From contig CM120643.1 in the NCBI GenBank assembly GCA_051362555.1, forward strand, positions 13,862,644-13,926,643: DNA of 64,000 nucleotides. Direction: 5' to 3'. The stretch comes from Lingula anatina. Its lineage: Eukaryota; Animalia; Brachiopoda. The notes under the pieces were generated by a model, which searched no databases, was not told the DNA's origin, and saw only the letters and a program-made list of their open reading frames with translations. Numbering within the stretch: the first letter of the stretch is position 1; the number at the start of each line of letters is the position of its first letter. Made by a program: the position numbers and the translations under genes. This document shows, in pieces, positions 1-11,971 of this stretch.

Positions 1-173
1 TGAAATTTTCAAGACCAACTAAATTTTCAAGTTTTTACCGTTCTTCCCTTACAGTTGTGTTTGAGCATGTGAATGCTTACACCAGAGCTGTTTGTTTGCT
101 TTAATAGGCATAAGGCAGTGCTTCTTACATAACAGTTCTATCATTGAACAGGTTTTTTTCTTTTTCTTTACAG

Positions 174-287
174 ATTTTCTTGATCACAGACATCTTGTTT
201 GCATTCCTTAAAAGAGAATATCACCTGATTCATGGACTTAAACCCAAAGATTATGATGGCAAACCAGGAGTAGTGCAGCTAGAGTAA
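174..287 (+). CDS. PIGU: Last coding exon of GPI transamidase component PIG-U (gene starts upstream of window)
   Basis: Polypyrimidine tract + CAG acceptor (171-173), then IFLITDILFAFLKREYHLIHGLKPKDYDGKPGVVQLE-TAA. Resembles the vertebrate PIGU C-terminus ([21 protein letters not shown]...). Confidence 0.88.
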   Translation: MFLITDILFAFLKREYHLIHGLKPKDYDGKPGVVQLE

Positions 288-1010
288 AAAAAAAAGAAAC
301 AAGACAAAAAAAATTATACTAGCAATTGACCCCTAGCTCAACATTGCACCCAAAGTTAATGTTTGCAGCTTAGCAAACATATAAGATGATGGGACGAAGA
401 ACCCACAATCTTAAAATGGTCTTTCTAGTTTTTTTTTAAATTGAAAGAAGGATGTGGGGAAATTGACACGCTTTTGCCTACCAGTGATGACAGTGATTGG
501 CAGCTTTCAACATGGGTTATTTCTTATTTTCATCCAGGATGGACTTTACAGGTTAAGCATCATGGATTGAAATCTGTCGTGTTCATCAGTGGCAAGAGTA
601 AAAAGTAGGTTTGCATCTGGGGTAAAATTACTTCCTTTCTGAGTTTTGGGAGTTCATTGGGAACTCTCCAGAGGTATGTTGTTTAAAATGGTGATGAGAG
701 ACAATCAAACTAATCTGGTCTAGTACAAGGCAACTCAGAAAATAATTATTGGTTTGTTTACTGTCAATGGATTTTTGGTTTGTCCATGCAGCCTTTTGCA
801 AACTGTCTAGTGTGAAGTATTTTTGTACATTATAAGAATTGCTAAAGAGCTCCATATCAATATGTTGCACGAGGACGTAGTCTGAAAGAATTTTCACACA
901 GAATTTCAGAAAGAACATCATCACCAGGCTGTCCTCAGATAGTGAGTACACACTCAATGTGGTAGGTCTACAGAAAATGGCTTGTATTGATGGATTTCAA
1001 CAACTGTCCC

Positions 1011-1041
<31 letters not shown>

Positions 1042-1778
1042 ACTCATACACACACTCCAATCATTTTTCTCAGCCTTACTCTTTTGTATGTAATTTATGG
1101 ATGTTGGACATGTTCTCTTTCCATTTTTACTTAATTAAAAAATTTTTTTAAGTGGAGAGTGGCACATTTTTTCTTGCTAGGTTCAATATTTGCTTGTAAA
1201 AGAAAAGGTTTTGAGAGAAGTGTGTGTGTTTGTTGGTGGGAAGTTTAGGGAAGGGGGGTACACTGGCCTACATTCTTATCACCCCCAGATTATTCAGTTT
1301 TTATTCAGTTTTCAATTATCCAGTTTTTAAAATTGTTTCAAAGCTAGCATTTACTTATTTGAAAGTTTGGGGAAAATATGTCATGTTTAATGTAAGCGTT
1401 ATAGATTGAACCCATACATAGCTTGAACACAGATTTCCACTACAGTTTCTTGTTTCATTATCAGGTGGAGTGAGGATTAGATTAACACATTTCAATGAGG
1501 GTTGTAAAAGATTTTAAAAAGAACTAGTCTTATGACATGAGGGCAGTGAAATCTCTGACCATAGTATCTAATGGTTTCTTCCCTGAGAAGGGACCTTAAA
1601 ACAAAATTGCCATTTATAGTGACTTTGATTGTTGAATTAATGACTTGGATCTGCAATTTATTCCAATTATAACATCATTAATTTCACAGTCACAGTGACT
1701 TATTCTCAGGTTCACTCTACACCACAAAAGGTAATTATCACTTATGATGATTTGAGAAGAGAAATAATATTTATAACC

Positions 1779-1792
1779 CAGGCCCGTAGGCA

Positions 1793-1825
<33 letters not shown>

Positions 1826-1961
1826 CGAAAGAACCGCCCCTTTTGTCAGGAAAAGGTCCATTTTGTTTAAAATTTGATCTAGGTACACATAAGTTTCATT
1901 GTAAAATGTCCACTTTTTCAGAAAAAGAACCCCCATTTTGAATTTGCTGGCCACAGGCCTG
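1779..1961. mobile_element. MITE family 1 (CAGGCCCGTAG termini, hAT-like), copy 1
   Basis: CAGGCC...GGCCTG ends, TAACC direct repeat on both sides; body shared (inverted) with 10991-11155 and 23832-23997. Confidence 0.8.
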
Positions 1962-2697
1962 TAACCTGACATACTGTTTTAAGCGTATTAAAATCTAAAG
2001 AATGGTGTAAAATTGAAGAGTATGAGTTGTAGGAAAAAATGTAAATAAATGGAGTGATGTAAGTGAATTTGTTATTGTTTTGAACTATGCAGAGTTTCTT
2101 TTAAATTATATTAAATAATTTTTTTTAAAAAGTGTCTCAAGTTAGCTCAAATTATGTTATGTATAAAAACTTGCAGCTCTTGTCTGGTGGGGGATCCTCA
2201 CATTTAATTTGTGTAATTGCTGATGGCATGCTAAGAGGCATTTAATTATTTCAATAGCAATGCTTATGAAACGTTTTTGAGCTGACCCATAATACTGATG
2301 CAAAACAGGTTAGTTCTTTTTGAACATCAGTATATTGGATTATTTCTACGAAAGTTATTATTTCTTTTGCAAGTATTTTGGTGGCATTCGACCAATAACT
2401 GCATTTTTTTCTATTTCAAATTTGCCCTGTTGCTTTGTTTGGTCAAAAAAAAAAAAAAATCCCTTTAATTGTTTAATATTCACAAAAGTTATGGTATATT
2501 TTATTGGCTTTTTGCAAAGGATTGTGGCATATTACAATGTACAATTGTATCAAAATTATACCTTGTTTTGTTCAAAGTAAGGCTTTGCTCAAAGTAACCC
2601 GTTGTTTTGTGTCTGGAGTTAGCAGGGTGCATTCCCATTTTAAGTTTTCTTAGTAGTCATTTAATTGATGTCTTAGTTGAGGTAGATTAAATAGTCC

Positions 2698-2782
2698 CAG
2701 GGGCGGATCCAGGATTACCGGTATTTGAAGGGGGGTCTGCAGATGTGCAGGACCCCCCAACATCCCCCCAAATCTGCCACTG
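2698..2782. mobile_element. Short hAT-like MITE (CAGGGGCGGATCC...ATCTGCCACTG)
   Basis: Imperfect terminal inverted repeats; flanks AGTCC/ATTCC (4/5 match); related termini at 17894-18147. Confidence 0.6.
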
Positions 2783-2937
2783 ATTCCCTTCACTATATAA
2801 GTTATCATATAAATTATATACAGGTTAATTTTATCTAAGTTTGCTCAAGGTTAACTCGAGCAGAATATTGTCATTAATTTAATAATGAACCGTTTTTGTT
2901 TCATTTGATAACTTAATATTGTTGAAAATTTGTTGAT

Positions 2938-3068
2938 CAGGGATGAGACTACCATTTATTGAGAAAGTAGGAAAATATGGCATGAGGTCTAAGGGTCCGT
3001 CTAGGCCATTGATGTTTTTGGCTTCAAAAAGGCAGAAATCTGCCGATATTCAGAAAATCTCATCCCTG
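2938..3068. mobile_element. Short hAT-like MITE
   Basis: Perfect 11-bp TIR CAGGGATGAGA/TCTCATCCCTG; flanks GTTGAT/GCTGAT (5/6 match). Confidence 0.6.
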
Positions 3069-3196
3069 GCTGATACAGTTGTGTATTGTTTTGTCAGAAA
3101 ACTAAAAGATTAGGAAAAGTTAAAAAGACAGACCATAAATAATGGGCACATCTTTTCATACAAGAATTAAGTATCAATTATACCAAAAACTATTTA

Positions 3197-6100
3197 CACC
3201 CAAACCCAATATAGAGGTGCATTTCACAAGTTCAAGTCTCAAAAAATGAAATTGAATGAATTCGATGTAGTATCCAATTTTTTAAAACTTACATGTGTAT
3301 AGAACAAAAATCCACAAATGTCCCAATTTTACGCCCACGCGTTTCTGTTTTGTAAGCAAATAAATTGATAACCGTTTGAAGTAAAAAAAGTGTAAGAAAG
3401 AACATACGTTACCACTGAATCGCCTGATACAAACACGATCATTAGTTGAGCGCTGTGGAAATTTGTGCAAGCTAAACACTATCAGAACCCTATGAGTCAT
3501 TAATAATGGAAAAGTGATAGGAAAATACATTTAAATTGACCAGATCTAGGAAAATTACTTTCAAACTAAAGATAATTTTTCTTTACAATGTCCACGTTGA
3601 TGACTCTTTCAATAGCAGTAATTGTCAATTGTTTAGAGAATTGAAAACTTTGTTACCTAAAAGTTATCTAACACTGGTCATATTCGTCGTGAATTTAAAA
3701 CTCATTGACAGTTTCAAATTTTGGGTGTATTAGTTACAATACCAACTACGCCTCACATCCTTCGCATACCGTAATGTAACGTATGTTCCACAGCCATAGA
3801 AAAGATACGGGACACGAGTTTAATAAATATTGATAAGATATTTTTTCTCTTTTTTTCGTAGAATTTATTGAGGTGTTTAAAAGTAACTCAGACATCAAAA
3901 GTGGTAACCTATTACACAAACACGATCCGCGTATCAAACGTCTTAATCATTTGCATGTAAAGAAATACAGATCTAACCTACCACCTCTTTAAACGAAGCC
4001 TTTTTCAACACACCTATAGGTTTTCCAATACAGCAGAGAATTCGTTCAAAATGAGCTTTACTATCCTCTCTGAAAGGTCTAAATTGTCTTGCGGATTTCG
4101 GCACTTTTGGAAATTAAAAAAATGTATATATGTAATGTTTGTTCCATCTATAAAAAGTAAGTGGCTCACAAAATTACGTTTTTAAGTCTTACCATTGAGT
4201 GAGTATAAGAAACAGATATCACTTTAGAGTTCAAGGGTCTCTACGGTCCTTATCAGTCGCTATTTAAGACAAATCATAGGCTGCATGATTTCTTGTAAAA
4301 GTTTCCTTGAGATTTCTTAGATGTTCATACTGTGTTTTTACTCTGCCAACGTGCTCGATGAATTTTTTATTTTGGTTACTGGCGCTTGTGGGCTCTACTA
4401 TAGTCGTCTCGTTCAAAAATCGTATACAGCTTGCCTTTTATTCCTGCTACTCCCACCCGTCGACCTTTCGACCAGTTCATCCCCTTTTCGCGAGTTCTCG
4501 ACCAACGATTCCGGCAAATGCCAGTAGCAGCGGAAAGAAATCTAAGACAACGGTACGTCTTCGCAATCTTCTCAGCCACTATATTATGCAAAATATTCAT
4601 CTTACTTCTTGGTGTAACTCGTTAAACTTGACCCACTGTAGCTAAAAAAACATTTTCTATAAGTCATCATATTTTTAGGATGATTAGTCTTATTGAATAT
4701 TATATGTATATATAATATTATTTTTATCCCTAAGGATAAAGGCAACAATTTGCTACATTGTTATTATTGCTAAAATAATTAGGGTAGTGGGGTTATAAAA
4801 TAAAAGCGGCCTTGTTTGACCAAATCTTGAACAATCAATATTCTTTGTTGCCTTCTTTTTGTTATAAATAAGACTATGAAAGTTTGTGGTACACTGGGAT
4901 GGAGGAGACATAAAAGTAATTGCTTCTGCACAGTGTTAGCTTGGGTGCATAGCCTGCTGTATGATGCGCTCTGTCTTAATTTTGGGGCATGTGGGAAATT
5001 CAGGTGGTTCCATATTTCGTCTTCTACAATGGCTAATTCTCCCTCTTGCTTATGGCATTAACCTGTGATTGTAGTTCTTTAATTGTTCATTGTGACTGCC
5101 TTCAGTTTCTTCTCAATCGTTTCCACGTTGTGACCACCTTGCACACACAACAAGTGGTGATTGCTGTGGACTTGCCTTGGCAACTTCTATAGCAGCTAGG
5201 AGCTCTTCTTTCCTTTGGTGAAGTCTACGTTTTCGCGATTTAGTCTTCGCATGCCTCTTTTGTCTTTCACGACATTTATAAGGAGGCGGAAGGTAGGCCT
5301 ACATAGTATTTTGAACCCGCTTTCTTTCGCTTCCAAATAAGCGTCACCCTCATTTCTTTTTAACGAGATCGATATTTTTTAAATCTCAGCTCTTGTTTTC
5401 GCATTATTCTGTAATAATGATGTTCCGTTCGGTATCAATGTATTTGGCACTGCGCTCACTGCGCTCGTTGGCGATTATTTTATCCTTGTATAGTTTTGTT
5501 TGACATTTATTTCCGTCTTTGACATTCATTTCTGTGTCTGAATTAAATTTTTTATTACGACAAAATCATTCACTTCGCTTACATCGTTACTGAGGATTTT
5601 ATGGATTTATTTACACTTGTAACTAACCTCATCTAATCTTTAGCTCGAGCAGACGTCAGAAAGAACCACCTGACATCTCAAACAGAAGCTAATTTTTCTT
5701 TCGGAGCCAGTTTCGGGCACAAGTAGATTTTCACTGGTAACGTATGTTCCGGTAACGTATGTTCCAGGCCACCTAATTTTTATTTTCATAACGTGTTCTT
5801 ATATATTTTGAAGTGATTCGATCATGTTAAATTAAATATGATGTAAGGACTTTTTTTATAAATATTTAAACCGTAACTAATGGGGCCTGCGTCATAGCTA
5901 ATACTAGGTAACGTATGTTCCCTAGGAAAATTGACAAAATGTTTCATTTTGTACAAGTACTTGGTGCAAGAGAAAACAATGTTTTCTTTTGCTGACAGAA
6001 AAATATATCGTGATTCCGTGATAGTTTGACATTTCAGATACAATATTTGGAGCACGAGGGGAGAAATAATTTATTAAATGCTTATTTTACTGTCGGTAGG

Positions 6101-6497
6101 GTGTATTTTCCCCGTTTTTTTAATATTCAGTGACAGGCAAACTTAAGTCGCTAAAAAACAATTAACTGCTCTATACAGAAGCTTTTCGTAATTTTTTACA
6201 ACGTTATACTTGTAGGAGATAAATTAAAGAACAAAACCCGTGATAATTGAATTTTCAAAGTGATTAAAACGCTTCAACAGCTAGACGTTATGCATTTGTG
6301 ACAGTAACGTATGTTCCTTTTTGGGGTTAGATGATGAATTATTTTTTATCATTCGTGGTTCCAGGAAAGTGAAACTTTAATACAAACTTCTTTATGTGGG
6401 ACCCTAAAATAATCAAACATAGTTTGTAATCTGTGCACTACATATTTTTAGGAACATGTCTGTGACATCGTTTGCACCTCTATATTGGGTTTGGGTG
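3197..6497 (-). mobile_element. Decayed, internally deleted TIR DNA transposon (Sola2-like transposase remnants; family uncertain)
   Basis: 25-bp perfect TIR CACCCAAACCCAATATAGAGGTGCA with TTTA on both sides. Six copies of GTAACGTATGTTC(C). Minus-strand peptide remnants ...IFERDDYSRA and KKFIEHVGRVKTQYEHLRNLKE (~4280-4450) with frameshifts. Confidence 0.8.
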
Positions 6498-6839
6498 TTT
6501 ATTATAAAAATACATGAAATAAAACAGAGCTAAAAATAAATATAATTAGGAATCATATATGAAGAAATTGTGCCACTTGCACAAACAAAATTAAATATTT
6601 TTTGAATTTTTTTAAAATTATAAATCAAAACTTGAACTTAAAATTTACTTCTACAAAAACAAGTCTGAAATATTTTTTATTTTAAAGCCTACTGATGATG
6701 CTGTCTATCTTTATTTTCCTGTAAAAGTAACAAAATAACATTACTAGTAATCTTCGAGGAATCTTCAGGGGTGGAGGTGGGGGGGGGTAGGGTCGGCTTC
6801 GCATCCGCCCCCCCCCCCCTTCTTTAAATTATCCTGAGG

Positions 6840-6895
6840 GCTGCGCGCGCACCCGGAACCGGTGCGTTTAACCCGCGTGCGCCGCCATATTGAAA
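6840..6895 (+). promoter_or_regulatory. GC-rich housekeeping promoter of SNRPB
   Basis: CpG-rich patch with ETS core CCGGAA (6853-6858), NRF1-like CGCGTGCGC and YY1-like GCCGCCATATTG (6881-6892), ~80-130 bp upstream of the ATG. Confidence 0.55.
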
Positions 6896-6973
6896 ACATA
6901 GACGTGATAATCAGAGGCGTACTTGGTACCCTCTTAATTTCTGCAAATATCGGCCGTCATCCACTCTGCAATC

Positions 6974-8811
6974 ATGGTGAGTGTGGTTTAATGTTAGTTT
7001 AAGATGAACTCAGAATATCAATCCTCGTTCATTTTTATGAGAGAATACAGTTTGTTAATGTTATTCCTCAGATTCAAAGGGGGGAGGGGGTCCGTTCAGT
7101 CGTAAACAAAGAATTATTATGAAGTAACTGTTTTATACAAACTTAACTGGGCATTCTTTTGAAATTTAATTTAAGCAAGGGTGATCACGTAGAAATTGGA
7201 AAACGGTTTTATGTTCTTGTTAGTAATTTGAAAATTATGTGAAATCTTTTATTTTTTGAAGTTGTTAAAACCATATAATAATCACGTTAAATTAAAAAAT
7301 CTTATCCCTTAGGTGGCCGGCAAGAGTTCAAAAATGTTGCAGCACATCAACTACCGTGTGCGATGTGCTCTGCAGGACGGGCGTGTCTTCATCGGCACAT
7401 TTAAAGCGTTCGACAAACACATGAACCTCATTTTGGGCGACTGTGATGAATTCAGGAGAATCAAACCAAAAACTGCAAAGACAGAAGCCAGAGAAGAGAA
7501 GCGTGTGTTGGGACTAGTTCTTCTCAGAGGGGAAAACTTGGTGTCTATGACCGTGGAGGGGCCACCCCCAGCTGACGTGAGTGTATAATGATATAGACTA
7601 ACATATTTTGTAGTTATAAATGCAGTGTGCCCCCCACCTCCCTCCCAGCACCACCACCATCATCATACATAAGACATTTATTTCAATATTTTTCATAATT
7701 CATTAACGCTATGACAATAATCACTATATCTCACCTTTTCAAGTTTAATTTTTTTCCATTTATTTACTGTTTTTAGATAAACCTGGAAACTTTTAGAAAG
7801 ACTATTTCTTGTTCTAAATATAAGGATGTTGTGATGACTCAGGCTAGAGTTTCAGACTCCCCTCTGGGGTGGCGTGAGGAAAACTTCAGCTCACTGAACA
7901 TCAATATTATATTTTAGAAAAATCACAGGCCATCCGTTGCTTGGAATGGTAATTTGAATCGTGCTAGGAAACCTCCAGCTTATTGTGTATGGACTCTGGT
8001 CATCGTAAATCAATATTGAAATGAAAGATAAATGATTTTTTGTTTTTATTATTATTTTGGTCTGTGAATGACATGTTGACTGTTCAAAATAGTATCTATT
8101 GCTTCTGAATTTGGATTGTACGCTCAATATTCATTAATACATTTATATTCTAAATGCATTTATCAAAATACATTTATGTTCTAAATGCAGGAGGGAATGG
8201 CCAGAGTTCCCCTCCCAGGGGCTGGCCCAGGTCCAGGCATGGGTCGTGCTGCAGGGCGTGGTGTTCCAGGAGGAATGGGGGGTGCAGCCCCAGGTCTTCA
8301 GGGTCCAGTCAGAGGAGTAGGCGGCCCATCACAACAGATCATGCAGCCAGGAGGTAGGTAGTGTTATGTAAATGTTAAGTTAGTGTTAATAGTGGTTACA
8401 CACTGAAAGCTTATTTTGCACCCTGATGAAATGAAGTGGACTTCTATTTAAAAGATTATATGATTAAATGGGATTAATCCATATACTTAATAAGGGCTAA
8501 CAATCTTCCAGTAAAGAAAGTCCAACTTAAAAAGTTATTCAGTTATAGATAAAATAATATTCATGTTTTTGACCAGATCTTTTAAATTCAGTGCCAGATG
8601 CTGAGATATTTGAAAGTAAAATTTTGGTGTTCTTTCAGGTCCTCCAATGAGAGGAGGCATGAGAGGGCCAGGCCCAATGATGGGAGGACCCCCAGGACGA
8701 GGTGGACCACCCCCAGGAATGAGAGGACCACCTCCAGGGATGATGAGGGGGCCACCCCCAGGGATGATGAGAGGCATGCCCCCTGGGATGAGGGGACCCC
8801 CACCACGGTAA
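6974..8811 (+). CDS. SNRPB: Small nuclear ribonucleoprotein SmB/B' (200 aa)
   Basis: Exons 6974-6976 (ATG only), 7313-7576, 8191-8353, 8639-8811; GT-AG introns, phases consistent. Sm fold ([13 protein letters not shown]...[19 protein letters not shown]...[20 protein letters not shown]) plus GRG and PPPGMRG-repeat tail. Confidence 0.97.
7825..7902 (+). ncRNA. Intronic box C/D snoRNA, SNORD52/snR78-like D' guide with snR69-like D guide
   Basis: Terminal stem GATGT/ACATC; box C GTGATGA (7831-7837), D' CAGA (7853-7856), C' GTGAGGA (7874-7880), D CTGA (7894-7897). Guides are complementary to the conserved LSU rRNA segments GACUCUAGUCUG and UGAGCUGGG. Confidence 0.85.
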
Positions 8812-10013
8812 AGGGGCACACCCTGTGGCCATAGGACTATTTATTGTCAGACAGACAGGTGATACTGCACCATTATGTGGGAGCAGTGTCCACAGAGAAT
8901 GTAACAAATGATTCAGTTATGACAGAGCAGAGAGTTCTGTCGTGTTGAGTCAGCACAGTGAAACATCCTGGTGGAAAATTCTAATTAAAGAAAAGATGTA
9001 CTGTTTTGCAGAATCTTTGATTTTATGTTAGAGATGAGTCTGTCTCCTTGGAGAGAAGAAAACGGCATCATTCTTCCATATCTTCTCCACTTCTATAGAC
9101 GAGGCATTCCTAAACTTTCATGAGTTGAAGATGTGAGAGGGTCGGATTGATTACTAGAGATGAGAAATTGTTGCATTGCCTTACTGCCCATGTGCATTCT
9201 GAACATTGAAGCTAAACCATGTGATGCCCAAAGGATGCAAAGGTGCAAACAAAATGCCGTTGGTTTCATCAACATATGGGAGTCTGAGAAGTGCAACCAG
9301 ACTATACTGGTGTCTCTCGACTTCTGTTTCAAACTCTGGTTACAGAAGGATGTTGCCTCTGATGATTTCTAGAAAAACTAGGAGAACTTTCCAAGTTAAT
9401 CATGTTAAGCAAGACCGCCCATGCATTAGAACCTTTTTATACTTTTTCCAAACTGAAGTTTTTAATAAAATATGTTTTAGAAGTATTCTGATTTTGTTTC
9501 AAATTGAAAATGAGAAATAATAGTGAAATAAGAGGACAGCAAATGAGAAGTAAAACAAATAATTTAATCTGATTGTTTAAAATTTACAGTAAAATATTTC
9601 AATTCCCATCTGTGAAAATTGGAGAAGTTTTAAGTGTGTGCATGCCTTTTCAGCCATTCTGTAAAGTTTGGTTTCATTAATGGAAGGATGAAAGTATCCT
9701 CTCTCTTATACTGAAGAATCCTCTTGCACCAGATTAGAATCAGTCTTGCCAGCCTTATGTGGTTCCTCTTGACAAAATTTTGTTCATGTACACTTAAAAT
9801 TTATATCCAAGAGGAATATTTTTGAATAAGGCTATTTCCATCTGTGACCCTATCAATTAAATTCTGTTGACAAGTCAAAAAAAATAATCATACAAAACTG
9901 GAAGGCAGTAGTAAGATACATACAGATCAGCTCAGAATGAATTTGGCAGTTATTCTTATTGGTGATATCATTAAGATTCTGTGTTACAGACCAAAAACTA
10001 ATGGTAAATATAG

Positions 10014-11940
10014 TTAAAATTTATATGCAGGAGCACTCCATATAAACATTGGTATTTTTAACCAGGATGGTATCCAACTTGCCAGTTTAATGTAGCCTCC
10101 CATTCTCAGGAGTGTAGATATAGATCGCATATTAGGTGGACATTTTCCTGAAAATAATTTTTTCAAATATTGCATTCATCTTAAACATAAATTAACAATA
10201 CAATATCAACCCCAAGTTCCAGTAATGTAAATGCAGATTGTATTTGCTTGAAAACAGTTCTTAATATAAACTGGACTTCATTATAATTATGACACAAAAT
10301 CCCATCTGATGTTAAGTTAACACTGTTGTATAAATATAATAGATAATACTAGGGCTACTACTTGTGAAGAATGATTTTACTTGCCATTTATGTCTTTAAA
10401 ACCATATTTAGTTCCAAGATCTGCTGTTAAAAGCACTTTTCCAGTCATCTGCATAATGTTTGAGTCTGATGAGAAAAAATATTTATAAAAAACAAAACAA
10501 TTATAAAAGTAACTTAACTTTTTCTTAGTAAAACAGTTGATTGTATGACCAATCTGGCTTAATACAAGTCATCTTCTTCACACACCCCCCCCCTTCACAC
10601 ACACACAAACACACACAAATGCACACACAGACAGACTTCTTTTATCATTTTATTTACAGTTTCAAGCCATTGAGCTGCAACCATATCAATAAATGAATAA
10701 TTGAATAGATAAATAAAATTTGGTATTTTTATTTTCACCAGAACTTGGGAATGCGTTAAATTTTCTTCACCAAAATAACTCACCTGTTGCAAGGGCAACA
10801 ATGCACTTCCCACTATACTCTGTGGACTCACTTTCACACCAAACATGCTTCAACTGAAAGCAAAAGAAAAAATAGATAAATACATTTAAAATAATGATTG
10901 TTTATTTAACTGTAGTTCAGTCACTGTTGAAAAGTCACTGATATTTTTATGTTAGGAGACAAAGTAATCCTTAAAAGACTTAACACATTGCAGGCCCATG
11001 GCCAGCAATTTGAAAAGGGGGTTCCTTTTCCGAAAAAGTGGATCTTTTACAATGAAACCTTTGTGAACCTAGATCAAATTTTACCCAGAATGAGCCCGTT
11101 CCTGACAAAAAGGGCAGTTCTTTCGAACCCCCGACCCCCCTTGGCTATGGGCCTGCAGTATATTACCGTATCTGCCGGAACTCCTTCCACATGGATTTTT
11201 GAGTCATCCAGCATATCGATAGCCAACTCTGTTTGCACAGGTCCTGATGCTGGCCAAAGACTGACAGAAGCTATGTTATATTTTTTCAGGTCATGAGCAG
11301 TGTCCGCTGCTAATCTGTCAACCTGATGAAGGAATAAAATGAACATTTGCTCAATATCTCACAATTTGTTGACATGATAATATCTCTATTTTACGAATAT
11401 TAATAATTTTCTGTGATAAAAGCAAAATTTATCACACATCATGTAATAAAGTAATTAAGTTAAAGTTGACAACAAAAATATCCTGTGATTTTCTTAATTC
11501 AACATATATTAATTTTTGTTTTAACAATGAACAATGTTTAAAAAGAATACTGAAATGATATATATATGTAAAATGCATGTTAGGAAAGCAGAAAAAGCAA
11601 ACAAATTGACCTAGCAACATATGGCAGATATAAAGCTCACAATTTTAATGTGCGTGTGTTTGCGTGCATGTGCGTGCAGGTGCACAAAAATGTGCGAAGC
11701 CTTTATACCAAGAAAAGCAACTCATTTTGATTTTTTAGTACAACACTCTCTATTTAGATTAATATTCTAAAAAGCTTACAGCAGCTTTCCCTACACCGTA
11801 TGCAACATTGAAGAGATAGTTCAGGCCTCCCATACTGGAAATGTTCACGATCAGGCCACGCTTTCGAGGAATCATGAGGCGAGCTGCATACACTGAACAC
11901 ACATAATGATTTCTACAAAAGAGTTCAGATTATATTTACA

Positions 11941-11971
<31 letters not shown>

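Noticed and set aside
628-957. 109-aa minus-strand ORF
   Set aside because: No recognisable motif; lies antisense within the probable PIGU 3' UTR.
1742-1972. Recurring short ORFs with GVLFLKKWTF (also 10949, 23776)
   Set aside because: Translations of a non-coding MITE.
7912-7955. Poison exon in SNRPB intron 2 (TTTTAG...G|GTAATT)
   Set aside because: Weak sites and not the intron equivalent to the vertebrate poison exon; unsupported without RNA data.
8535-8907. Pro/Gly-rich ORFs on the minus strand and alternative frames
   Set aside because: Antisense or frame shadows of SNRPB exon 4.
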